Source: an uncultured Desulfobacter sp.
GTDB taxonomy: Bacteria; Desulfobacterota; Desulfobacteria; Desulfobacterales; Desulfobacteraceae
NCBI GenBank assembly: GCA_963665095.1
Contig: OY762069.1
Span: 2,976,001 to 3,040,000, forward strand
Length of the DNA stretch: 64,000 nt
Reading direction: 5' to 3'
The position numbers and the translations under genes are program-made. The notes under the pieces were generated by a model, which worked only from the letters and a program-made list of their open reading frames with translations, did not search any database and was not told the origin of the DNA. Positions 8,958-17,153 of the stretch are shown here, one piece after another (position 1 is the stretch's first letter; every line of letters begins with the position of its first letter).

Positions 8958-9845
8958 ATGAAAAAGCTTTACAAAGATCTTTTTATGGCCACCCGGCCCT
9001 GGTCATTTACCATGAGTACCATATCTGTTTTTGCCGGCAGTTTCTGGGCCATTGGCAAAGGATTTTCTCCAGGACTATGCCTGGCATCCCTGACAGCCAT
9101 GATCTGCATCCACGCGGCCTCCAATCTGATGAACGATTATTTTGACGTTAAAAACCAGGTGGATGTGCCCAATGCACCTACCACCCAGTATCGGCCCCAC
9201 CCTCTGGCTTTTGATGACATCGGCCTTGGCCATGTGCTGGCAACCGCCATTGGGCTGTACATTATCGGCACAGGCATTGGCATCTGGCTTACGGCAGCCC
9301 GGGGGCTTACCGTTCTGGCCATCGGCCTTGCCGGGATTATCCTGGGGCTGATTTACACAGCACCGCCCCTCAGCCTGAAATACCATACCCTTGGTGAACC
9401 CCTGGTGTTTATTATATGGGGGCCATTGGCCATGCAGGGGGCCTTTTTTGTACAGATGCAGCAGCTGTCCTGGTCCCTGGCCCTGGTATCCATTCCTTTG
9501 GGGCTTCTGGTCAGCCTGGTACTTCTGGCCAACAACCTGCGGGACACGGATTATGACAAAAAACAGAACATCACCACCATCTCCGTGCGCCTGGGTTATG
9601 ATAAAGGGAAACATCTGTTTCTCGGTCTGGTGGCGGGATCTTTCCTTGCCATTATAGCCATGTCGGTTTTGGGCCCCCTGTCATACTGGTCGCTTTTGGT
9701 GCTGCTCTCGCTTCCTTTGGCCTGGCCTGTGTTCAATATGTTCAAAGGCACAGCCCCTGCCGATGCAGACGCCCGCACCGCCAAATTTGATACGGCATTT
9801 GGCGTACTCTTTCTGATCTCAATTCTCCTGGACAAGGCCATTTAA
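8958..9845 (+). CDS. menA: UbiA/MenA family prenyltransferase (1,4-dihydroxy-2-naphthoate polyprenyltransferase-like)
   Basis: ATRPWSF, NLMNDYFD...D, YTAPPLSLKY, LGEPLVF and LANNLRD..YD motifs; multi-TM. Start placed at ATG 8958 after the AAGGGGG RBS. Confidence 0.8.
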   Translation: MKKLYKDLFMATRPWSFTMSTISVFAGSFWAIGKGFSPGLCLASLTAMICIHAASNLMNDYFDVKNQVDVPNAPTTQYRPHPLAFDDIGLGHVLATAIGLYIIGTGIGIWLTAARGLTVLAIGLAGIILGLIYTAPPLSLKYHTLGEPLVFIIWGPLAMQGAFFVQMQQLSWSLALVSIPLGLLVSLVLLANNLRDTDYDKKQNITTISVRLGYDKGKHLFLGLVAGSFLAIIAMSVLGPLSYWSLLVLLSLPLAWPVFNMFKGTAPADADARTAKFDTAFGVLFLISILLDKAI

Positions 9846-10459
9846 TGGAAACAAAAAAACTTGCCGTCAGCATTGGAATGGCCTTTTTGCTGTGGTTTTT
9901 CTCCTTTGCCGTGGACGTTGGGAATTTCTGGATAAAAATCAGTGCATCCGCCCTTTGCCTTGCGCTTCTGGCGGCATTTTTCGGGTTTGGCCCCCGAAAG
10001 TGGTGCAGGTTTTCCCCTGCAGATATCGTCTTGGGAGCAGGATCTGCGGCTGTTCTATACGCGATCTTTTTTCTTGGAGATTATATCAGCAAACTGTTGT
10101 TGCCCTTTGCCTCCTCCCAGGTCGGCCACATCTACGCAAAAGGAGACGGGACACCTGCCTGGGTAATCTGTTTGCTGCTTTTTTTTATTACCGGACCCTG
10201 CGAGGAAATTTTCTGGCGGGGCTTTGTTCAGGAGCAGCTCTCCCAGCGCCTGGGCGGATTGAAGGGATGGCTGATCGCCGCATTTTTTTATACAGCCGTC
10301 CATTTATGCGCCATGAACTTCATGCTCATTGGTGCGGCTGCCGTGGCAGGTCTGTTCTGGGGATTCATGTACTGGCGGCTGGGGCGGCTGGGCCCTCTGA
10401 TCATCTCCCACTGCATCTGGACCACGGTGATCTTTGCGATTTTCCCCATCCGGGGGTAA
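9845..10459 (+). CDS. CPBP family (Abi/CAAX type II) intramembrane glutamic endopeptidase
   Basis: EEIFWRG motif, AVH, and SHCIW; hydrophobic; TAATG stop/start overlap with the menA-like gene. Confidence 0.85.
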   Translation: METKKLAVSIGMAFLLWFFSFAVDVGNFWIKISASALCLALLAAFFGFGPRKWCRFSPADIVLGAGSAAVLYAIFFLGDYISKLLLPFASSQVGHIYAKGDGTPAWVICLLLFFITGPCEEIFWRGFVQEQLSQRLGGLKGWLIAAFFYTAVHLCAMNFMLIGAAAVAGLFWGFMYWRLGRLGPLIISHCIWTTVIFAIFPIRG

Positions 10460-10783
10460 CCCCCCCCCCGGACAAAAGCACCTCCAAGTAACGTAACGAA
10501 ATAAAACAATTTGTCGAAAGAATCGTCAAGTCTGCCCCCTGATCTGGATATCTGCTTGCACTTTTGTATCAACAGGGGTATGTAATTGCCATACTTTTCA
10601 GTTTGATTTTTATCATGTGTTTTGATGAATTTATTATATATGAAACCGAATTGGTATATAATAAATTCAACATGTTAAATATTTTTCAGATTCCCGTTGC
10701 AGCGAATCTTGAAAGTTGAACAATTAAATCTGGTATTTGTGGCTGGTTGGACGTTCTTAATTGGTAAAGGGGAATCCTGTTTT

Positions 10784-13700
10784 ATGAAAGGCTCTTCAAT
10801 TGCTTTAACGGTATTATTTTTATTCTTTTCACTATCATCTATTGTATTTTCGGCATATGGAACTGAGGATAGCTCAGACACGACAGGCAATTGCAGCATT
10901 GCTGTTAATGCGCTTAGTATATCCGGATCAAAAATCACTGGCTCTCCGGTAACGTTTACCGTTGATGCGGAGAACAGCTGCTCCGATACAAAACAGTACC
11001 GGTTCTCCTATCATCCAGACTACGGCACAGATGGTTACACCGGGCTGAACTGGGAAAGCATGACCTCATCTGAATATCAAACCAGCAACAGCTGCACCTT
11101 TACCTTTGACACGCCGGGCAGATATATTGTCGTGGTCTGGGTAAAAAATGATACGTCAGATGCCAATGACGGTGTCGCCATTATCGGGGGCTCTGTTGAT
11201 ATCCGTTCTTCCCATAGTGATGATGATTCCTGCCATATAAATTTTGAAGGATTCAACATATCAGGAACAAGAGAAGTGGGCAGTTCCGTGACATTTACAA
11301 TGGCTGCTGAGAACCCATGTAGTACAAATACCTCTTTCAGATATTCAGTTCACCCATATTACGGGACAGACGGTTACGACAGTCTTCGCTGGGAAAGTAT
11401 GACAACCGGCGAATATACAACCGAGAGCTCCATTGATTACACATTTGAGAAATCCGGGAAATATGTGGTGGTGGTGTGGGCCAAGAATGCGACAACAGAT
11501 TCAAACACCGGCGTACCAATTATTGGGACTTCCATTGAAATTAAAGATGAAAATTCAGAATATCTTGAAAGTGTTGTTACAAAAGACAGTGGCGACAATA
11601 TTTACCAGCTGACCGGCCAGAGTGACTCCGTTGCTGATTTCAGCGTCTTTTCCGACAACACTAAAGATCCGGCTGATATTCTTACTTCCTCTGAAACTGG
11701 TATTACTGACGGTTTCACCAAACTGGATTTTTCAGATACTGCCGATCCTGGGTTAAGGACAGAAATTACCATAGTTTATGATCGAATTCCTTCTATGATC
11801 ATTGCGTATGATGAAGATGACGGGGAATATTACACCCTGCCGTTCAGTGTAACCGGCACAAATTCAGTTTCACTTCACCTGGACAGTAAGGATATCAGCA
11901 TCTTGCCTGTATATGACACCGAACAGGAAACGACCATAGAGTCTTCTGCGTATAGGCAAGCAACAAATACTACTTCATATACTAAACGATTTGAAATCGT
12001 GGTTAATGACGGAGAATCTCTCAAGATTAAGACAGAAATGAATTTGGACTTCATTGATTACTCCTGTTTGTCAATTAATGGATCTGATTGCCACCAGTAT
12101 GATGTTCTGTCTGATGGTACGATATTCAATGAAGATGTTGGACAAACCGGGGGGATTTATAATTTTAAGCTATATTATGCCGAAGGTCGTACAAACCCCC
12201 TCAGAACCTGGATTCAGGACGTTTTTGTACAAGTTTCTGCTGACTTATTTGAGATTCCCGTTGCTTCAATTGCAGGAAAATACGCGCCAATTCTAGCTTA
12301 TAATGATGATGAAGAATATTATCCTGTAAACCTTGATTACCTTTTTGGTGACAGTAGTGCTGCAATTGAGTTCGACATTCCTCCCGACAGTTCTGGTCTG
12401 GGCAGACTATCAGAAGGTATAGGTATTCCGCATTCACAGGTGGCGTCTTTTATGCCGTACAATGGCCATGGTGAGGGACTGATAAACTATGGAAATTTAT
12501 CTTCCAGTGCAAGTAAAAATTACCAAATCGGAAGAAAAGGCAGCGCAAATGATTCAACGGTATATTATTCCATGCTTAAAGGTGATGGCAATTATTATTA
12601 CCTGAACTATCATATGTTCTATACATTTGATCCCAAAACCGGCACTTCCAGTGATCCCGCCACAGGCAACCATGTTTTTGACAGGGAGAGCATGACACTG
12701 GTGTTCTTTGGAAAACCAGATATTGATTCAACACCTGAAGGGGTTTTATTCAGCGGGCATTTATCCGACCAAACTCTGTATTTTAAACAAAATGATGATG
12801 AAAATTTTTATGAATGGTCTGGCGGAAGAATTTTTATTCCATGGGCATCTGTTTACAAATATCAGGACTCCCCCATCGCTTCCATTGCAAGGGGATCACA
12901 TGCGATTTATCCCCTTCCCGGAACCTATAAATGCCTAACCCTCACTGAACCTGCAGGTGGCAGTGACAATTTTGCGTCTGATGCCGATTGGAATCGAATT
13001 CTTGTCCCTCCAACATTGGACAGCGCTCTTGATATTTACACACTGTCTGATTTAAATCTTGGGAATATTGAAAGTACAGGCGAGAACGCCTGCCTTGCAT
13101 TTTCAGGATATTGGGTTGACTGCCTTGGCAGCTGGACCAATGCCAAATTCCCACCATTTACTGAAAGGGAAACTGATCCCGATTGCTGGTACAGTCACTC
13201 GGACTACTGGGGAATTGACCGGGACACCTTACCACAATATTCTCAGGACCTGATGGATGATTTGGACCAGTATCTTGAGTCGGAGCTGGAAACTGCTATA
13301 GAAAGCGAATGCGGCGCATACATAGCCCCGGGCGTATGGAAATATTTTGACTGCTATAATTTGGCAGCCATCGGCAAGACCACTGGCGATGACCCGCTTA
13401 CCCCGTCCTGGAGTTTGATCGGCGGATACTGGCAGTGGGGTAGAAAAGGCCCTGATGAAAGTCAATGGTATGATACCAATACTGCCAACTTTGCCCATGG
13501 GCCCACCGGTCCTGATGAGGATGATCTCAACGATGAAGAAATTAACGGGTGGGACGACTCCCATGCGTCCAATGGCGCCTGGTCTGATTTTGAAAAAACG
13601 GATAATGATCCATGTCCCACAGGATACAGAGTGCCCACATTAGATGAGTGGAGGGGGGTGGTTGAAAACAACACTAAGAGTGCAGTTGGGACGTCCTGGT

Positions 13701-13957
13701 CCCCCAGTGCGACCAACTACAGCACCGGTGCTTTTTTTGGTGACAGCCTGATGCTGCCGGCTGCAGGGCATCGGAATTACAGCAGTGGTTTACTGGAGTT
13801 CTGTGGGGAATTTGGTATTTACTGGGCTACTACTGCGGGCGCTGTGGAGTCTATCGATTATGGTGGCTTCCTTTCCTTCTGGGAAAACGAAACCAACACC
13901 GGGTTTGGCACTATCGACAGCAGATACGGGGCTCCCGTACGCTGTATCGCAGAATAA
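10784..13957 (+). CDS. Large secreted multidomain protein: 2x Ig-like 'PxYGT' repeats, Vps62/NPP1-like central domain, C-terminal FISUMP (Fib_succ_major) domain
   Basis: Signal peptide from ATG 10784; tandem repeats at 10949-11203 and 11288-11542; central motifs KYAPIL...YYP, GNHVFDRE, FSGH, ARGSHAIY; C-terminal DPCPTGYRVPT..EW, LPAAGHR, YW, GAPVRC. Confidence 0.8.
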   Translation: MKGSSIALTVLFLFFSLSSIVFSAYGTEDSSDTTGNCSIAVNALSISGSKITGSPVTFTVDAENSCSDTKQYRFSYHPDYGTDGYTGLNWESMTSSEYQTSNSCTFTFDTPGRYIVVVWVKNDTSDANDGVAIIGGSVDIRSSHSDDDSCHINFEGFNISGTREVGSSVTFTMAAENPCSTNTSFRYSVHPYYGTDGYDSLRWESMTTGEYTTESSIDYTFEKSGKYVVVVWAKNATTDSNTGVPIIGTSIEIKDENSEYLESVVTKDSGDNIYQLTGQSDSVADFSVFSDNTKDPADILTSSETGITDGFTKLDFSDTADPGLRTEITIVYDRIPSMIIAYDEDDGEYYTLPFSVTGTNSVSLHLDSKDISILPVYDTEQETTIESSAYRQATNTTSYTKRFEIVVNDGESLKIKTEMNLDFIDYSCLSINGSDCHQYDVLSDGTIFNEDVGQTGGIYNFKLYYAEGRTNPLRTWIQDVFVQVSADLFEIPVASIAGKYAPILAYNDDEEYYPVNLDYLFGDSSAAIEFDIPPDSSGLGRLSEGIGIPHSQVASFMPYNGHGEGLINYGNLSSSASKNYQIGRKGSANDSTVYYSMLKGDGNYYYLNYHMFYTFDPKTGTSSDPATGNHVFDRESMTLVFFGKPDIDSTPEGVLFSGHLSDQTLYFKQNDDENFYEWSGGRIFIPWASVYKYQDSPIASIARGSHAIYPLPGTYKCLTLTEPAGGSDNFASDADWNRILVPPTLDSALDIYTLSDLNLGNIESTGENACLAFSGYWVDCLGSWTNAKFPPFTERETDPDCWYSHSDYWGIDRDTLPQYSQDLMDDLDQYLESELETAIESECGAYIAPGVWKYFDCYNLAAIGKTTGDDPLTPSWSLIGGYWQWGRKGPDESQWYDTNTANFAHGPTGPDEDDLNDEEINGWDDSHASNGAWSDFEKTDNDPCPTGYRVPTLDEWRGVVENNTKSAVGTSWSPSATNYSTGAFFGDSLMLPAAGHRNYSSGLLEFCGEFGIYWATTAGAVESIDYGGFLSFWENETNTGFGTIDSRYGAPVRCIAE

Positions 13958-14161
13958 CTTGACTATTTCAGGGCAAATTTTTGCAGGTGCAGTACTTGCC
14001 GTTGTAAGCATATTGGAACCAGACTGCAAGCAAAACACATGCAATAACTATGGGGCCAGGGACTTGACTTATCGATCCAATTTATATAAACAAGCTTAAA
14101 AAATTTGACAGCACCGGATGGTGATATCCGGTTATAAATTATACTGAGTTATGCAATAGGC

Positions 14162-14197
14162 AAACGCCACCCAGGCTCTTCTGGGTGGCGTTTTTTT
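14162..14197 (+). terminator. Intrinsic-terminator-like hairpin directly before the pabA RBS
   Basis: AAACGCCACCCAG-GCTCTT-CTGGGTGGCGTTT followed by further T residues (7-T run). Confidence 0.7.
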
Positions 14198-14214
14198 ATG
14201 GAGGCAGAACTACC

Positions 14215-14841
14215 GTGCCGGTTTTAGTGGTGATTGACAATTACGACTCCTTTACCTTTAACCTGGTCCAGATGTTCAGGCAGTATGATCTTGACATCGA
14301 GGTTTTCCGAAGTGACCAGGTATCTGTTGACCAAATCAGACATATGGATCCGGATTATATCCTGATCAGCCCGGGCCCTAAAGATCCGGCCCATGCCGGG
14401 GTATCCATTTCAGTTATCCGGGCTTTTTACAAAAAAATTCCGATCCTCGGGGTTTGTCTTGGCATGCAGTGCATCAATGAAGCCTTTGGCGGAACCACTT
14501 TAAGGGCACCTGTGCCGGTACACGGAAAAACAAGTCCGGTCAGCCATGACGGAAGCGGCCTGTTTAAGGGCATTCCGTCGCCATTCACCGTGGCCCGCTA
14601 CCACTCCCTGGTCGTGTCCCCGGCACCCGGTCAGACCCGGTTGCAGATGACGGCCTTCTGCCACCCGAAACTTATTATGGGACTTTCTCACACCGATTAC
14701 CCCCTGTTCGGGGTCCAGTTCCACCCGGAAAGTTTTTTAACCGAGTACGGATACCATATCATTGAAAATTTCCTGCATACCGGTCCCCTTACCAGGGGAT
14801 ACCGCTTCACCGGTTTACAGACAGGAGGAAGCATAAAATGA
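14215..14841 (+). CDS. pabA: Aminodeoxychorismate synthase component II (glutamine amidotransferase)
   Basis: IDNYDSFTFNL, ISPGP, GVCLGMQ, RYHSL and QFHPES motifs; GTG start after GGAGG; overlaps pabB. Confidence 0.88.
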   Translation: MPVLVVIDNYDSFTFNLVQMFRQYDLDIEVFRSDQVSVDQIRHMDPDYILISPGPKDPAHAGVSISVIRAFYKKIPILGVCLGMQCINEAFGGTTLRAPVPVHGKTSPVSHDGSGLFKGIPSPFTVARYHSLVVSPAPGQTRLQMTAFCHPKLIMGLSHTDYPLFGVQFHPESFLTEYGYHIIENFLHTGPLTRGYRFTGLQTGGSIK

Positions 14842-17087
14842 GTACCCCCATGAATATTTTGACCCAGACCATTACAGCCCTTTTCCAGCAGGAAATAGAA
14901 CTTGACGAACCATTTATTAATTTTTCCATGCGTTTCAGCCATATCCCCGGGACCGTGTGCCTGATGAGTGGTACGGACCTGGACTGCGCCCGGTATCACA
15001 TGCTGGCCACCCGGCCCTTTCTAACCCTGTCCGGCAAGGGCCGGTCCATGACGATCCGGACAGAGAACCAGACTGAAACGGTGGAGGCAAACCCCTTTGA
15101 CATCCTGGGACAGGTTCTCACCCACTTCAGGAACCCGGATATTACATTTCCAGAGCCCGTGTCGGCCGGGCTGTTTGGCTATCTGGCCTATGACCTGAAA
15201 GACCAGATTGAAACCTTGCCCAAAACCACCATGGACGATCTGGATCTGCCGGATCTTTATATGTCGGCCCCATCCCTGATCGTGGTACAGGATAAACAGG
15301 AGAACAGGACCCGGGTATATATCCCGGAACAAGGGCATACAGGTCAATCCGGGGTAACGCAGGCCCTTGAATTTCTAAACCGGATACGCACGGCCCCGCT
15401 GCCATCCGATGAGGGATTCACCGGGAACAAGGATCTTCACTCCAATTTTGACAAGGCATCCTACATGGCGTGCATTGACAAAATCCGGGAGTACATCACG
15501 GCCGGGGACATCTACCAGGTGAACATGTCCCAGCGGTTTGACACCCAGTTTACCGGCAGTCCGGCCAGCCTGTTCAAAACCCTGTACCGGAAAAATCCCG
15601 CCCCGTTCTTCGCCTTTGTGAACGGATGCGACCACTGGGTGATTTCCACCTCTCCGGAACGGTTCATCAAACGCACGGGCAGTTTTGTAGAGACCCGCCC
15701 CATCAAGGGAACCTGCCCCCGGGGGGCCACCGCAGACCAGGATCAGATAAACCGCGACCAGCTGGCCAAAAGCCGCAAAGATGATGCAGAGCTGTCCATG
15801 ATTGTGGATCTGATGCGCAACGACCTTGGCAAGGTCAGTGTGGGCGGATCTGTCTTAGTTGCCGAGCATAAACGCCTTGAGGCTTATGCCAATGTGCACC
15901 ATCTGATCTCCATTGTCCGGTCCACCCTTGATCCGGCAGCAGACTCGGTGGACCTGATCCGGGCAACCTTTCCAGGGGGGTCCATCACCGGGTGCCCCAA
16001 GATCCGGGCCATGGAGATCATTGATGAGCTTGAAACCCACCGCCGCCACGTTTATACAGGCTCCATCGGGTACATCAGCTTCCACGACACCCTGGATCTC
16101 TCCATTGCCATCCGCACCGCTGTCATCAGGAACGGCCACCTGGTCTTTTCCGTGGGAGGCGGGGTGGTGTTTGATTCGGACCCGGCAGGTGAATACTCAG
16201 AGACCCTTGACAAGGGCAAAACCCTGATGGAGGCAATGACCGGCAGTCCGGCACCACAAACCCGGACGCCCATGACCTGGGTCAATGGCCGGCTGACACC
16301 AGCCAACGAGGTGAGCGTTCCCCTGTGGGACCTGGGCGTTCAGTACGGCCATGGTTTTTTTGAAACCCTGAGGGTGGACAATGACTGTATCGGTTTTCTT
16401 GCCGACCATATCAGACGACTGGAACAGGCCTGGACACGCTTCTTTCCCCAGCCCTTTCCGGATCTTTCCTGGGACAGCATTATTACCATGGTGGTTGATG
16501 CCTGTGGCCTGTCCCGCACCACTGCTGCTGTCAAGATCATGGCCACCCGGGGCAGCCGTTCAAAAGCGCCCTGGGACCACCAGGTCATTGTAACGGCAAG
16601 GCCCTACACCCACCGCCTCAAGGCCGCAGACAAAGACGGGCTGGACATTGTGACCTTTGACCAGCCGCGATTCAGCCCCATGGCAGACTATAAATCTTTA
16701 AATTATCAATTCTACTATCTGGCGGGCCAAAGAGCAAAGCAACTGGGCGCGGACGAATGCCTGATTCTCAACCCCGACGGCAGCGTATCCGAGGGAAACA
16801 CCGTCAATTTCCTGTTTGTAAATGGCAGGGAACTGGTCGTCCCGGCCTCCCCCCACCGGCTGCCCGGTATCATGGAGGCACAGATAATACGACGGTTGAC
16901 TGCCAGGGGGTATACTGTGACTGAACGCTGTGTCTTTCCGGATCAGATGGCGCAGTTTGATCAGGTCATTGCCGGGAATTCCCTGATGGGGGCCGTACCC
17001 GTTAAATCCCTTGACGGCAGAGTCCTGAATATGGACGCCTCATTCATTGCAACCATGAATGAGGCCCCTGAGCTGTCTTTCGGCTGA
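14838..17087 (+). CDS. pabB: Fused aminodeoxychorismate synthase component I / class-IV aminotransferase-type ADC lyase (PabB-PabC)
   Basis: GDIYQVN, SPERF, PIKGT (PabB-type Lys), MIVDLMRND and GSITGCPK motifs, followed by class-IV motifs YGHGFFETLR, KSLNY and SEG..N. Confidence 0.88.
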   Translation: MSTPMNILTQTITALFQQEIELDEPFINFSMRFSHIPGTVCLMSGTDLDCARYHMLATRPFLTLSGKGRSMTIRTENQTETVEANPFDILGQVLTHFRNPDITFPEPVSAGLFGYLAYDLKDQIETLPKTTMDDLDLPDLYMSAPSLIVVQDKQENRTRVYIPEQGHTGQSGVTQALEFLNRIRTAPLPSDEGFTGNKDLHSNFDKASYMACIDKIREYITAGDIYQVNMSQRFDTQFTGSPASLFKTLYRKNPAPFFAFVNGCDHWVISTSPERFIKRTGSFVETRPIKGTCPRGATADQDQINRDQLAKSRKDDAELSMIVDLMRNDLGKVSVGGSVLVAEHKRLEAYANVHHLISIVRSTLDPAADSVDLIRATFPGGSITGCPKIRAMEIIDELETHRRHVYTGSIGYISFHDTLDLSIAIRTAVIRNGHLVFSVGGGVVFDSDPAGEYSETLDKGKTLMEAMTGSPAPQTRTPMTWVNGRLTPANEVSVPLWDLGVQYGHGFFETLRVDNDCIGFLADHIRRLEQAWTRFFPQPFPDLSWDSIITMVVDACGLSRTTAAVKIMATRGSRSKAPWDHQVIVTARPYTHRLKAADKDGLDIVTFDQPRFSPMADYKSLNYQFYYLAGQRAKQLGADECLILNPDGSVSEGNTVNFLFVNGRELVVPASPHRLPGIMEAQIIRRLTARGYTVTERCVFPDQMAQFDQVIAGNSLMGAVPVKSLDGRVLNMDASFIATMNEAPELSFG

Positions 17088-17153
17088 CCGGTTCCTGGCT
17101 CAAATGCCATTATCCGATCTTTTCCATAATGAGTTCCTGCCGGGCCGTCAGCA

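Noticed and set aside
13310..14160. Complete DGR cassette
   Set aside because: No reverse transcriptase, avd gene or AAC-rich template repeat is visible in the window. Kept only as a low-score lead.
14140..14200. Known riboswitch (c-di-GMP-I, ZTP, THF) before pabA
   Set aside because: GGCAAAC is present, but the other conserved elements and the length required for these aptamers are not.
14838..17087. Anthranilate synthase trpE/trpG
   Set aside because: The PIKGT motif (TrpE typically has PIAGT), the fused ADC-lyase-like domain and the absence of other trp genes favour pabAB(C).
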